Shown: positions 48,834 to 58,629, numbered from the stretch's first letter. The stretch is DNA of 64,000 nt from Candidatus Nomurabacteria bacterium (GCA_040376695.1 JBEIQD010000001.1:15615-79614); one strand, 5' to 3'. Notes: generated by a model not told the origin, from the sequence alone. A program made the numbers and translations.

Positions 48834-50450
48834 ATGAATAGACATATAGAAAAAATTATTACAGACGCAAAGGATATCCGAAAGGAATCATGGAGAGTTT
48901 ATCGTGAACAGCCAAAGTGGTATCAGATTATAGAATTAACAGGCTTTGTTATTGTTGTGATTGTCGCGCTTTTGAGTCTAGGCGGAGACATTGCCCAAGT
49001 TGAAGAAACAAAAGCAACTCGAGTTGTGGTTGTTACCCCTGTTTCAGAGCTTGCAAACACAGACTCTAATCTCCCTCTTCTTGGAACAGTTACTTCTACA
49101 AGTGAAGCAACAATTCGAGCTGAATCTTCTGGAAAATTAACAAGAGTATATAAAAAACTTGGAGACTATGTTGTAGCAGGACAAGTTATTGCTGAGTTTG
49201 AAAACTCTGGTGAACGAGCTGCTGTGCTTCAAGCGGAAGGAGCGTATGATTCTGCTAAAGCGTCTCGAGATATTTCTAAGATCAACTCTGGAACAAGTAA
49301 CTCTTCTCTTGCTGAAGCAAAAACAAACGCACTTAACGTTATTTCAAGTGCGTACATCAGTATGGATGATGTTATCCGTGTAAAAACAGATACATTCTAC
49401 GGTAATCCTCGAAATGCAGATGCTCGATTCCTTCTTGCTGTTCCTGATTCAAGTCTCATCTACTCTCTTGAAGTTCAAAGAAAAGCTATAGAAAAAATGC
49501 TTGTAGCTCGTGACGCGAAGAATAGAACTCTTAGCACTGGAAGTGATCTTGTTGGAGAGTTAAATATCATTGGAAACGAAGTTCAGATGATAAAAACATA
49601 TTTAGACGACCTTGCTTCTGCGTATACAAAAGCAATTCCTGATTCAACGTATTCACAAGCAACTATCGATGGAGGTAAAACATCTGTTGGAGTTGCTCGA
49701 AGCACTATTTCAGGAACAGCTTCTTCTATTACAGGAAGTCGCACCTCTTTAAACGCATCAATTGCAGCGCTCGAAATTGCAGGGAAGACCTCAGGAGACA
49801 CTTCAGGTAACACAGCTTCTGCTGATGCAATGGTTAAACAAGCGCTTGGTGCGTATAATGCCGCCCTCTCTCGTTTGGAGAAAACAGTTGTTCGTAGCCC
49901 TATTACGGGAACACTAAATTCATTTTCAATTGAAACAGGAGATTTTATTTCTGCGTTTACAGAAATAGCAGTTGTGTCGAATAACGGTGCGCTCGAAGTT
50001 CTTGCATATGTAACAGAAGATGATGCAAAGCGTATCTCTGCTGGAAATGAAGTGCTTATTGATGGAACAACAAAAGGTATCATTACTCGAATTGCTTCTG
50101 CTATTGACCCGCGTACAAAAAAGATTGAAGTGCGTGTAGGTATCAAGGACGCCACAACCACACTCATTAATGGACAATCAGTTCGTATTACCATTACTCA
50201 AAGTAAAACTAAAGTTACTTCAACGAGTGGACCTATTAAGATTCCCCTCTCTGCGCTTAAACTTACTCCAAGCGGCGCTTTTGTATTCACTATGAGTGCA
50301 ACTAGTTCCCTGATTGCGCTCCCTGTTAAGGAAGGTGCAATTCTCGGTGAAGAAATTCAAATCCTCTCTGGATTAGATGGAACAGAGTCTATTGTCACAG
50401 ATGCTCGTGGATTAAAAGCAGGAATGGTGGTTGAAGTTAAGGGAAACTAA
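48834..50450 (+). CDS. HlyD-family periplasmic adaptor (membrane fusion protein)
   Basis: N-terminal TM, a biotinyl/lipoyl-like hairpin motif (VVAGQVIAEFE), long alpha-helical hairpin and beta-barrel domains. Overlaps the downstream RND gene. Confidence 0.75.
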   Translation: MNRHIEKIITDAKDIRKESWRVYREQPKWYQIIELTGFVIVVIVALLSLGGDIAQVEETKATRVVVVTPVSELANTDSNLPLLGTVTSTSEATIRAESSGKLTRVYKKLGDYVVAGQVIAEFENSGERAAVLQAEGAYDSAKASRDISKINSGTSNSSLAEAKTNALNVISSAYISMDDVIRVKTDTFYGNPRNADARFLLAVPDSSLIYSLEVQRKAIEKMLVARDAKNRTLSTGSDLVGELNIIGNEVQMIKTYLDDLASAYTKAIPDSTYSQATIDGGKTSVGVARSTISGTASSITGSRTSLNASIAALEIAGKTSGDTSGNTASADAMVKQALGAYNAALSRLEKTVVRSPITGTLNSFSIETGDFISAFTEIAVVSNNGALEVLAYVTEDDAKRISAGNEVLIDGTTKGIITRIASAIDPRTKKIEVRVGIKDATTTLINGQSVRITITQSKTKVTSTSGPIKIPLSALKLTPSGAFVFTMSATSSLIALPVKEGAILGEEIQILSGLDGTESIVTDARGLKAGMVVEVKGN

Positions 50451-53400
50451 TACTACTTTTATGCACTCACTCTGGACATTTTTCCTCAAAAAACGAGCGT
50501 TTACGTACTTGCTCATGATCGTTCTCATTTTAATGGGACTTACTTCTCTCGTTGCTATTCCTAAAGAATCATCACCTGAAATTATTATTCCGATGGGTAT
50601 TGTTTCAACTGTACTTCGCGGCGCTTCAGCTGAAGATACTGAAAAACTTATTACTGATAAGTTGGAAAGTGAAATTACAAACGTTGAAAATATAGATAAA
50701 GTTACTTCTTCTTCTCAAGAAGGTGTTTCTGTTATTACTGCACAGTTTAATGCCTCAGCAGATATTGAAAAATCAATTCAGGATTTGAAAGACGCGGTTG
50801 ATCGCGTGAAGGGCGAGCTTCCAGCAGACGCCACGGACCCCATGGTAATGAAAATAAACTTTGCAGATCAGCCAATGCTTATTGTGTCTGTTTCGCAAGA
50901 TTTATCTCCCGCAGGAATGACAGCTCTTGGAGATGACCTTGAAATTCAGCTTAAAAAAGTTGAAGGAGTATCTAAGGTTGAGATCTCAGGTACTCGTGAT
51001 CGTGAAATACAGGTTGTGGTACGAAAGGAGCAGCTTGCTAACTACGGGCTAACACTTAACCAAGTTATTGCCGCTATTGCAGGAGCAAATGCCTCATCCC
51101 CTATTGGAAGCATTACTGTTGCTGATGTTGACTACCCTATTAAATTTGCTGGTTCAATTGAAAACGCAATTGAAGTTCCAGAAATTACTATTCAAACAGC
51201 CTCAGGGGTTCCAGTGTACTTGCGTGATATCGCATTCATCGCTGATGGACTTGCTGCGCCGTCTACATTTTCACGTATCTCAGTGCAGGGCGCACCATCG
51301 GAGAACGCGCTTACACTTAATGTGTATAAGAAGTCTGGTGGAGATGTAACAAAGATCGCTAAAGCAACGCGAGAAAAAATAGAAGAGCTCAAGAAGACAA
51401 CATTATCAGGCGCTCAAGTTGTTGTATCACTTGATACTGGAGAGCTTGTAAAGAAAGACTTAAGTGATCTTACAAAAACTGGACTTGAAACTATTTTCCT
51501 TGTGATGCTTGTGCTCTTCCTTACGATTGGATGGCGTGAGTCACTCGTTGCTGGACTATCTATTCCGCTTTCGTTTGTAATTGCTTTCACGGGATTATAT
51601 CTTTCAGGAAACACTATTAACTTCATGTCCCTCTTCTCGCTTATTCTTGCGATCGGAATTCTCGTGGACTCTGGTATTGTGGTGGCCGAAGCCATACATA
51701 CTCGGTTAAAGAAATATGGAAGCGCTGAAGGTGCCGCTATTGCCTCAATTAAAGAATACGCATGGCCTCTCATTGCAGGAACCATGACAACGGTTGCAGT
51801 GTTTGCCCCACTCTTCTTCCTTTCTGGAATTGTTGGTAAATTTATTTCATCTATTCCGTTTACCATTATCTTCGTTCTCCTTGCATCCATTGTGGTAGCG
51901 CTCGGGTTTGTTCCTCTTCTTGCAATACTTCTCACGAAAGATCACAAGAGTCGCTTTGAAGATATTCAGGAAGCGTGGTCAGAAAAAGCACAAACGTGGT
52001 ATAAAGGATTTCTCGGACGCATCCTCGATAGTCGAAAATCTCAGAACAGATTCTTTGCGCTACTTGCTATCGGGTTTGTTCTCGCTATAGCGCTCCCTGT
52101 CACTGGACTTCTTAAGGTTTCTTTCTTCCCGCAAGATGACCAAGATTATGCCTTTGTTTCAATTGAACGCCCTCAAGGAACCCCTCTTACAACGACAGAC
52201 CTTACAGTGCGTGAAGTAGAAGAAATTCTCTACACAAGTCCATATATTGAATCTTTCGTTACAACGGTTGGGGCTAGTTCTGCTCTTTCTGGTTCTGGAG
52301 GCGGGTCAGGTTCTAAGCTTGCGAACATCACTGTTATTCTTCCAAAAGAACGAGAGCTTTCTTCAAGTGAAATTGTAGAAAAATTACGACAAGCATTAGC
52401 TCCAGTTTCTTCAGGCGTTGTTAAAGTTGATCAAGGAAATAACGGCCCTCCAAGTGGAGATCCTGTTGTTATTAAATTCCTGGGAGATAACTTAGAAGAA
52501 CTCAGTGAAGCGGCAGCAAAAGCAGAAACCATTCTTTCTTCTATCGAGGGAGCGCAAGATGTAACAACCTCTCTACGGGATGATGGTACTCAGTTTGAAA
52601 TCTCTGTTGACCGTGTGAAAGCAGCTCAAGTGGGACTCTCTGCGGCTTCGGTTGCTCAACTTCTTCGAACGTCAGTTTCTGGAGTAACAGCGACGACAAT
52701 TAAAAAATCAGGTACGGATATAGACATTGTGGTAAAGACTGATCTTAATCCTGACTTTATTAATCCAGAAGATACTAACAACACCACGATTGATAGTATC
52801 AAGGGTCTACCCGTTGCAACTCCGTCTGGCACAATACTCCTTGGTTCTCTTATTACTACAAAGATAACTGAATCTCGTGCTGTTATTAATCACGAAGATC
52901 AAAAGCGTATAGCAACAGTAACAAGTAAGCTTAGTGCTTCAGGTAATGCTCTTGTTGTAACATCTGAATTTCAGAAGCGAGAAAAAGAGCTTGGTCTCCC
53001 TGACACTGTAACAGTGAAGTACGGTGGAGATAATGAAGAAATTAATAAGACATTTACTGAAATGGGTCTCGCACTTTTGGCTGGTATGGCAGGAATGCTT
53101 GCTATTCTTGTACTTGAATTTAATTCATTCCGGTATGCGTTCTATCTTCTGTTTACGATCCCCCTTTCTCTTATCGGAGTATTGGGAGGTCTCACTATTA
53201 CTGGGCAAGCACTTTCGTTCTCATCGATGCTTGGACTCATTGCGCTTGCTGGAGTGATCATAAACCACGCCATCATTCTCTTAGATTCCATTCTACATAG
53301 ACTGGATCATGAGAAAGAAGAATCTGATGGAGGTAGGTCATCTAAAAATCTTCGAGATACGATTGTGGAAGCTTCTGCAATTCGACTTCGCCCAATCTTT

Positions 53401-53577
53401 CTTACAACGCTCACCACAGTGATCGGTATGATTCCACTTGCTCGCGTGTCTGCACTCTGGGGACCGCTTGCGTTTGCAATTATGTTCGGACTTGCGTTTG
53501 CGATGATTCTTACGCTTGTGCTCATCCCGGTATTCTTCTACAGATACCCAGGAAAAAGATATAAGCACTTAAAGTAA
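50431..53577 (+). CDS. RND superfamily efflux transporter (AcrB/HAE-like), 12 TM
   Basis: 1048 aa with two large periplasmic loops and the conserved TM4/TM10 regions. Confidence 0.9.
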   Translation: MKLRETNTTFMHSLWTFFLKKRAFTYLLMIVLILMGLTSLVAIPKESSPEIIIPMGIVSTVLRGASAEDTEKLITDKLESEITNVENIDKVTSSSQEGVSVITAQFNASADIEKSIQDLKDAVDRVKGELPADATDPMVMKINFADQPMLIVSVSQDLSPAGMTALGDDLEIQLKKVEGVSKVEISGTRDREIQVVVRKEQLANYGLTLNQVIAAIAGANASSPIGSITVADVDYPIKFAGSIENAIEVPEITIQTASGVPVYLRDIAFIADGLAAPSTFSRISVQGAPSENALTLNVYKKSGGDVTKIAKATREKIEELKKTTLSGAQVVVSLDTGELVKKDLSDLTKTGLETIFLVMLVLFLTIGWRESLVAGLSIPLSFVIAFTGLYLSGNTINFMSLFSLILAIGILVDSGIVVAEAIHTRLKKYGSAEGAAIASIKEYAWPLIAGTMTTVAVFAPLFFLSGIVGKFISSIPFTIIFVLLASIVVALGFVPLLAILLTKDHKSRFEDIQEAWSEKAQTWYKGFLGRILDSRKSQNRFFALLAIGFVLAIALPVTGLLKVSFFPQDDQDYAFVSIERPQGTPLTTTDLTVREVEEILYTSPYIESFVTTVGASSALSGSGGGSGSKLANITVILPKERELSSSEIVEKLRQALAPVSSGVVKVDQGNNGPPSGDPVVIKFLGDNLEELSEAAAKAETILSSIEGAQDVTTSLRDDGTQFEISVDRVKAAQVGLSAASVAQLLRTSVSGVTATTIKKSGTDIDIVVKTDLNPDFINPEDTNNTTIDSIKGLPVATPSGTILLGSLITTKITESRAVINHEDQKRIATVTSKLSASGNALVVTSEFQKREKELGLPDTVTVKYGGDNEEINKTFTEMGLALLAGMAGMLAILVLEFNSFRYAFYLLFTIPLSLIGVLGGLTITGQALSFSSMLGLIALAGVIINHAIILLDSILHRLDHEKEESDGGRSSKNLRDTIVEASAIRLRPIFLTTLTTVIGMIPLARVSALWGPLAFAIMFGLAFAMILTLVLIPVFFYRYPGKRYKHLK

Positions 53578-53588
53578 AACAAAATATA

Positions 53589-53612
53589 AACCCCCACATG
53601 TGTGGGGGTTTT
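53589..53612. terminator. bidirectional terminator
   Basis: aaacccccacatgtgtgggggtttt. Confidence 0.75.
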
Positions 53613-53627
53613 ATTTGACCGGAATTC

Positions 53628-54068
53628 CTATTCTCCGATGAATACTCGAGAGCTCCCGCCTTGGTACACAATATATGTGGTGCATCCACCGTAGGCAGCA
53701 TGCCTATCAGTCTCTTTATTGTGGATTTCTTCGAGGCGCCTTCTTGCTTCCTGAGCAACACTCTCTTCCAGATAGTAAAGCGCAGATGGGTGGTCCATAG
53801 CAGAAATAATCTGCTGTTCAGTAGAAACACATTTTGAATACTGAAAGCCAGGGCATGACTTCAAATGAAATCGGTATCCCCGCTTCTTCTCGAAGAGTGT
53901 ATCCACTTCTTTCCTGGTCACCTCTTCACCGTATTCCAGGGTTGGCCAGAGCCCTCTTTCAAGGAAGTAGTCCAAATCTGATGAGTGGGCGATTTCAAGT
54001 TGGCCACATTTAGCGCATGGAAATCCAAGCATAAGAGCCTCCTTTAAGTACAAGTTGTACTGATTCAA
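53628..54068 (-). CDS. hypothetical Cys4 protein (CxxC…C…C)
   Basis: 146 aa. Last gene of a minus-strand trmH / flavoprotein / this-gene string. Confidence 0.5.
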   Translation of the reverse strand: MNQYNLYLKEALMLGFPCAKCGQLEIAHSSDLDYFLERGLWPTLEYGEEVTRKEVDTLFEKKRGYRFHLKSCPGFQYSKCVSTEQQIISAMDHPSALYYLEESVAQEARRRLEEIHNKETDRHAAYGGCTTYIVYQGGSSRVFIGE

Positions 54069-54092
54069 CCACTAAACGGTTTCTCTGTCAAT

Positions 54093-55352
54093 TTAAGCAT
54101 TCTTTCCAGCAACGTGCCCCGTTGTCCAGCAAAGCTGAAGAGAATATCCTCCCGAAGGTCTATCAATATGAAGTACGTCTCCGGTAAGGAAGAGCCCTGG
54201 TACGATACGAGATTCCATCGTCTTTGTATCGACTTCAGTGAGTGGTACACCACCTGAAGAAACAATAGCCTTATCTTTTCCTAGAAGTTCTTTCACATGG
54301 AAAGGAATCGCTTTGATCGTTTCAATAAGTTTAACTCGTTCTTCACTTCGTACACTGTGACAGAATGTATCACCATCAATTTCTGCAAGCTTAAGAATAT
54401 GAGTCACAAGCGATGAAGGGATAAGCATTGAAAGCACATTTTTAATTTTACGGTTACTTTCTTCAACAAGAATATTCTGAAGCTCTGTTTTTAGTTTTCC
54501 TTCATCCTTTGCAGGGAAAAGATCCAGTGTTATTACAACCTCTCCGTATTTTAAAAGTTCCCCAACGTCTTTACTCATGTTCAGTACTGTTGGACCACTT
54601 ATTCCGACATGAGTGAAAAGAAGTTTACCTTTGTAAGCTTCCTGCTTTTTATTATTTTGAAATGTAGTAAGTTTTATATCAGTCAAAGCAACACCACTTA
54701 CTTTTTTAACCCACGCGTCAGTAAGAGCAATAGGAACAAGGGCTGCATTGTTTTCAACAATTGTATGATGTAGCTTCTTTAGCCATTGGAAGCCTTCTCC
54801 TGTCGAACCTGTTTCAGGGCGAGATGTTCCTCCTGTCGCAACAATCACCTTTTTCGCAAAGATTTTATTACCACTCTTCGTGAGAATTGAAAATGTTTCC
54901 CCGTCTTTTTCTTTCGTGATACCTGCAACAGTCGTACTTTTGTGAATTTGTACTTTACCTGCTTTCATATATTCATACAAAACATCAAACACAGATTGAG
55001 CTGAGTTTGATACTGGGAAAATTCTACCCTCATTTTCTTCTTTTGTTTCCATTCCTCGTCCATTAAAAAACGCTAATGTGCTAGCTACATTCCATTGTGA
55101 AAATGTTGAAAAAAGAAACTGATCATTTCCTTTGTATTTTGCCAACATTGCACGGTCGTCAGTTTTATTATTGGTTACATTACATCTTCCTCCACCCGTG
55201 ATGAGAAGCTTCTTACCGAGCTCTGGGTTTTTTTCAAGTAGAAGGACAGATTTCCCAGCTTCCCCAGCTGTTCCTGCTGCCATCATTCCACTAGCTCCTC
55301 CTCCAATAACGACTACGTCCCACAATGTGCTTCCTGAGGGCATTGTAGTCAT
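54093..55352 (-). CDS. HI0933/BaiN-like FAD-dependent flavoprotein (aminoacetone oxidase family)
   Basis: VVVIGGGASGMMAAG dinucleotide fold and TGGGRCNVTN, the hallmark of the HI0933-like family. Confidence 0.88.
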   Translation of the reverse strand: MTTMPSGSTLWDVVVIGGGASGMMAAGTAGEAGKSVLLLEKNPELGKKLLITGGGRCNVTNNKTDDRAMLAKYKGNDQFLFSTFSQWNVASTLAFFNGRGMETKEENEGRIFPVSNSAQSVFDVLYEYMKAGKVQIHKSTTVAGITKEKDGETFSILTKSGNKIFAKKVIVATGGTSRPETGSTGEGFQWLKKLHHTIVENNAALVPIALTDAWVKKVSGVALTDIKLTTFQNNKKQEAYKGKLLFTHVGISGPTVLNMSKDVGELLKYGEVVITLDLFPAKDEGKLKTELQNILVEESNRKIKNVLSMLIPSSLVTHILKLAEIDGDTFCHSVRSEERVKLIETIKAIPFHVKELLGKDKAIVSSGGVPLTEVDTKTMESRIVPGLFLTGDVLHIDRPSGGYSLQLCWTTGHVAGKNA

Positions 55353-55353
55353 A

Positions 55354-56115
55354 TTAGTGTACGTTCTGCTTATTCCATTCGTAGAGTGTTACCGCAACAG
55401 CATTTGAAGCATTCAGTGATTCACAGCGCTGATCAATATCTATTGAAAGTCTAAAGTCACATACTTCAAGCGTCTTTGGGCGAATACCTTCTCCTTCGTT
55501 TCCAATTACAAGTACCATCGGTGTATCAAATTCTGCTGTCTTTAGTTTTGTTTCACCTTCTCCGTCGAGTGCGTATGTCCAGTACCCCTTCTCCTTTAGG
55601 TTTCTGATGGTTGTGTTTACGTTTGTAATATGAACAATAGGGAGAGAAAACACAGCTCCCGCTGAAGTTTTAATTACCGTGCTTGTTACCTGTACTTGGT
55701 CATGTTCTGGCATAAGGATTCCTGTTGCTCCAAACGCAAGCGCTGATCGGATAATAGCCCCCACATTGTGTGGGTCCTGTAACTCATCAAGAAGGATGAA
55801 CAGAGGCTGCTTAGAGCTCTTTTTTGCCTTCTGAAGGGCCTCTTCCATAGAGGTGTAGATCTTTCGATCGTTAAGCTGAGCACACACACCTTGGTGGGTT
55901 GCTTCTCTTCCTGTCATACTCCCCATTTCTTCAGGAGTGATTCGTTCGTGCTTAATGCCGTTCTTCTGAAGAAGCCCAATTACCTTACCGTCAGCTTCTG
56001 CTGCAGGGGTAAGAAATACTCGTTCAATAAGGCCTGGTTTTTCTACTTTAAGCGCCTCAGCGAGTGAGTTACGTCCATAGAGATATAGGTTAGTCATGTG
56101 TGCAGTATAGCACAA
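55354..56115 (-). CDS. SpoU/TrmH-family RNA 2'-O-methyltransferase (RlmB-like)
   Basis: Substrate-binding N-terminal domain plus SPOUT motifs (VLVIGNEGEGI). Confidence 0.88.
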   Translation of the reverse strand: MCYTAHMTNLYLYGRNSLAEALKVEKPGLIERVFLTPAAEADGKVIGLLQKNGIKHERITPEEMGSMTGREATHQGVCAQLNDRKIYTSMEEALQKAKKSSKQPLFILLDELQDPHNVGAIIRSALAFGATGILMPEHDQVQVTSTVIKTSAGAVFSLPIVHITNVNTTIRNLKEKGYWTYALDGEGETKLKTAEFDTPMVLVIGNEGEGIRPKTLEVCDFRLSIDIDQRCESLNASNAVAVTLYEWNKQNVH

Positions 56116-56195
56116 TAAAACGATTTCTCAAAGATGTAAAGAGATACAAAAAGAACAACGTTTTGGCGTTGTTCTTTGAGTGCTGCTTAGATTTT

Positions 56196-56828
56196 TTAGT
56201 TTACGGCAGTGAATGTAACTGTTGTTGGAATCGTAAATGTAGCTTCTGTGGCAATCCAATCATCGCAATCATAATCCCCTATTTGTTCGAGATATGAATT
56301 AGGTGATCCTTGAATATCTCCTGTTACGCCAATATTTGCTGTGACTGCTCCGATGTCAGTTGTGCTTTTTAGTTTGAAGCCTTGTGTAGGTGTCTTAGAG
56401 TTCCATACGTATGTCATGCCATCTCGCATGATAAATGTTACGTTAACTTTTTGGCCACTGTAGTTTGCTGTGAATTCTCCGCGAACAAGTTTCTTGTCTA
56501 AGTATACAGTCCCCTTTGTTTCTTCACCGTTGATGTATTGATTGACTGAACACTTATATGTCGCTTCCTCTTGTTTTGCTAATTGACTGAACGCCATCTT
56601 CTTACCTTCAGGTGTAGAAGTTACTGGCGTTGAAGTTGCTACTTCTTGATTGTTTACAAGAGCTGTTTCTTTATTTGCTTGTGAATAATATATAACCGCT
56701 ACTAATAGTGCGACAATCGCAGCCCCAAGTATCATTTTTGTTCCTGTTTTCATATGTTCTAAGTATAGCGCACTTTTTTGCAGGTCAATGGATAGAAAAT
56801 GTAAGATTTTACCCTGTGTCACCATCAT
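56196..56828 (-). CDS. membrane-anchored or secreted hypothetical protein
   Basis: TM ILGAAIVALLVAVIYY then a Thr/Ser-rich linker and a beta-rich C-terminal domain. The start is uncertain (56828, 56753 or 56738). Confidence 0.5.
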   Translation of the reverse strand: MMVTQGKILHFLSIDLQKSALYLEHMKTGTKMILGAAIVALLVAVIYYSQANKETALVNNQEVATSTPVTSTPEGKKMAFSQLAKQEEATYKCSVNQYINGEETKGTVYLDKKLVRGEFTANYSGQKVNVTFIMRDGMTYVWNSKTPTQGFKLKSTTDIGAVTANIGVTGDIQGSPNSYLEQIGDYDCDDWIATEATFTIPTTVTFTAVN

Positions 56829-56871
56829 ATATACTGTATGGAGCCATTATCAACAATAATTCAAAATCAAT

Positions 56872-57621
56872 ATGGCATTTATCTTTATATTCCTGCTCAT
56901 CGCATTGGTAATCGTGCTTATCAGTATCCGTCAGATCAACCAATACCAGCGTGGTATCAAGTTTACGTTCGGGAAATTTACAGAAGTTATGGAACCGGGA
57001 TGGCGCCTCGTGTGGCCAATCATTCAAAGTTCTCAGAAGGTAGATATTCGAACTAAAGCGGTGGATGTGCCTGATCAGAAGGCTATCACACGGGATAACG
57101 TTTCTATTACTGTGAACGCTGTTATTTACTACAAGATTAGTGATGCATCAAAAGCTATTCTTGAAGTAGAAGATTACAAGTATGCTATTTTCCAGTACGC
57201 ACAAACAACAATGCGAAATATTGTTGGTGAAGTAACGCTCGATGAACTACTTGCATCTCGAGATAAGATTGCAGATAGAATTCGTGAGATTGTTGATAGC
57301 GAAACTACCTCATGGGGGCTTAAGGTTCAAAATGTTGAACTTAAAGATGTAAGTCTTCCTACGGAGCTTGAGCGAGTAATCGGAAAGCAGGCTGAAGCTG
57401 AACGAGAGAAGCGGGCAGTTATTATTACTTCAGAAGGAGAACTTGCTGCTTCAGAAAACATGGCCAAAGCAGCAGCAATGTTATCGTCTGCTCCTGGAGC
57501 TCTTCATCTTCGAACGCTACAGTCTATTAACGACATGTCATCTGACCAATCAAATACAGTCGTATACATGCTCCCAGTTGAAGCATTAAAGGCGCTCGAA
57601 GGGTTTGCAAAGAAGGGTTAG
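56872..57621 (+). CDS. SPFH/band-7 (stomatin-like) protein
   Basis: N-terminal TM, SPFH domain and a C-terminal coiled coil. Confidence 0.88.
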   Translation: MAFIFIFLLIALVIVLISIRQINQYQRGIKFTFGKFTEVMEPGWRLVWPIIQSSQKVDIRTKAVDVPDQKAITRDNVSITVNAVIYYKISDASKAILEVEDYKYAIFQYAQTTMRNIVGEVTLDELLASRDKIADRIREIVDSETTSWGLKVQNVELKDVSLPTELERVIGKQAEAEREKRAVIITSEGELAASENMAKAAAMLSSAPGALHLRTLQSINDMSSDQSNTVVYMLPVEALKALEGFAKKG

Positions 57622-57640
57622 AAATACTCTTTCTAAAAAT

Positions 57641-57668
57641 AAAACCGCACATGTGTGCGGTTTTATTT
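57641..57668. terminator. bidirectional terminator
   Basis: aaaaccgcacatgtgtgcggtttt. Confidence 0.75.
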
Positions 57669-58229
57669 TTAGAAGAATCTTCGTACGACAGCACTTGCTA
57701 CTGCTTCGATGTTTAACGTATCGGGATCAGGATAAATTTTCTTAAACTTTTTGTTTGCTGGGATGAGCACCGGTTTCCCTTTTTCCATATTAAAGTATTT
57801 AAGCGTGTACTCTCCCTCCATCTGAGCAACAACGATATCTCCTTTAAGTGGCTCTCGTCCACGTTCTACAACCACAAGATCTCCATCAAAAATTCCGGCG
57901 TCTTTCATAGATTCCCCTTGCACTTCCAAAAGGTAGGTTCTTCCCTTTCGTCGCATAAGCATGCGATCTAGAGAAATTTTTTCAATGGTGCTTGCTTCTT
58001 CTGTTGTCGGGAATCCAGCTTGAATATTTCCAAGTTTCATAAATCCTCCAACAATGCCCATAATGAGGCGTCTCCCTTCTTTAATAAATACTCCCTCCTC
58101 AGTAAGTCGCTTCACTTTATAAGCAACGGTATTTTTAGATTTTACTCCAAAAAGTTTCTTCATCTCTTCATATGTTGGTACGCGCTCGTGTTCGTCGTAG
58201 AAAGCTATAATTTTATCTGTTTCAGTCAT
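57669..58229 (-). CDS. lexA: SOS repressor LexA
   Basis: N-terminal winged HTH and a C-terminal S24 peptidase with the Ser (GESM) / Lys dyad. Start set to the first ATG (58229); the ORF-track start at 58250 is TTG and lies inside the operator. Confidence 0.88.
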   Translation of the reverse strand: MTETDKIIAFYDEHERVPTYEEMKKLFGVKSKNTVAYKVKRLTEEGVFIKEGRRLIMGIVGGFMKLGNIQAGFPTTEEASTIEKISLDRMLMRRKGRTYLLEVQGESMKDAGIFDGDLVVVERGREPLKGDIVVAQMEGEYTLKYFNMEKGKPVLIPANKKFKKIYPDPDTLNIEAVASAVVRRFF

Positions 58230-58242
58230 GATATGAGTATAG

Positions 58243-58258
58243 TAGAACAAATGTTCTA
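58243..58258 (-). promoter_or_regulatory. LexA operator (Cheo-box type GAAC-N4-GTTC): TAGAACAAATGTTCTA
   Basis: Perfect 16-bp palindrome 14 nt upstream of the lexA ATG, inside the 17-bp spacer of the TTGCTG (58264-58259) … TATACT (58241-58236) promoter. Confidence 0.7.
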
Positions 58259-58315
58259 CAGCAAGAGAAAAGTAATATTTACCTGTGTATAACTAGAAGA
58301 GTCCTCTCTGTAAAC

Positions 58316-58341
58316 AAAAACCCCACGCGAGATGGGGTTTT
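58316..58341. terminator. bidirectional terminator
   Basis: aaaaaccccacgcgagatggggtttt. Confidence 0.7.
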
Positions 58342-58359
58342 AATGGCTTTCAAATAAGG

Positions 58360-58557
58360 CTATTGCCCGTTCCCGTTGTTGCCTGCAGGAAGCTCTAAGT
58401 TGATTGAAGCACTAGGGTTTTGAGTGTTGTCATCTTTCATGATAAGTGGAAGTCCGTATACAAAGATAACGACCATAAATAGTGCCGCTACGACGATTCC
58501 GATAAGTATTCCTGATCCACCTGAGTTGTCACTTGGGTTGTTTGTTACAGTTGCCAT
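58360..58557 (-). CDS. small membrane protein (one TM)
   Basis: ILIGIVVAALFMVVIFVYGLPLI helix. 65 aa. Confidence 0.4.
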   Translation of the reverse strand: MATVTNNPSDNSGGSGILIGIVVAALFMVVIFVYGLPLIMKDDNTQNPSASINLELPAGNNGNGQ

Positions 58558-58629
58558 GATTGTTGTGTTGATTTAATAGTTACATTTCATATGACGTAGA
58601 ATACGATTAAATATTACAAGTATTTCTCC

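Noticed and set aside
49583-50194. 203-aa minus-strand ORF inside the adaptor (MFP) gene
   Set aside because: Antisense to a well-supported CDS with a low-complexity translation. Typical shadow ORF.
51414-51935. 173-aa minus-strand ORF inside the RND transporter gene
   Set aside because: Antisense shadow ORF within a conserved 12-TM transporter.
54065-54265. 66-aa minus ORF overlapping the 3' end of the HI0933-like gene
   Set aside because: Nested in another frame of a strongly supported CDS.
56100-56297. 65-aa Cys-rich + strand ORF overlapping the 3' end of the minus-strand 56196-56828 gene
   Set aside because: No SD. It overlaps a convergent gene and the upstream trmH start region. The cysteines are probably incidental.
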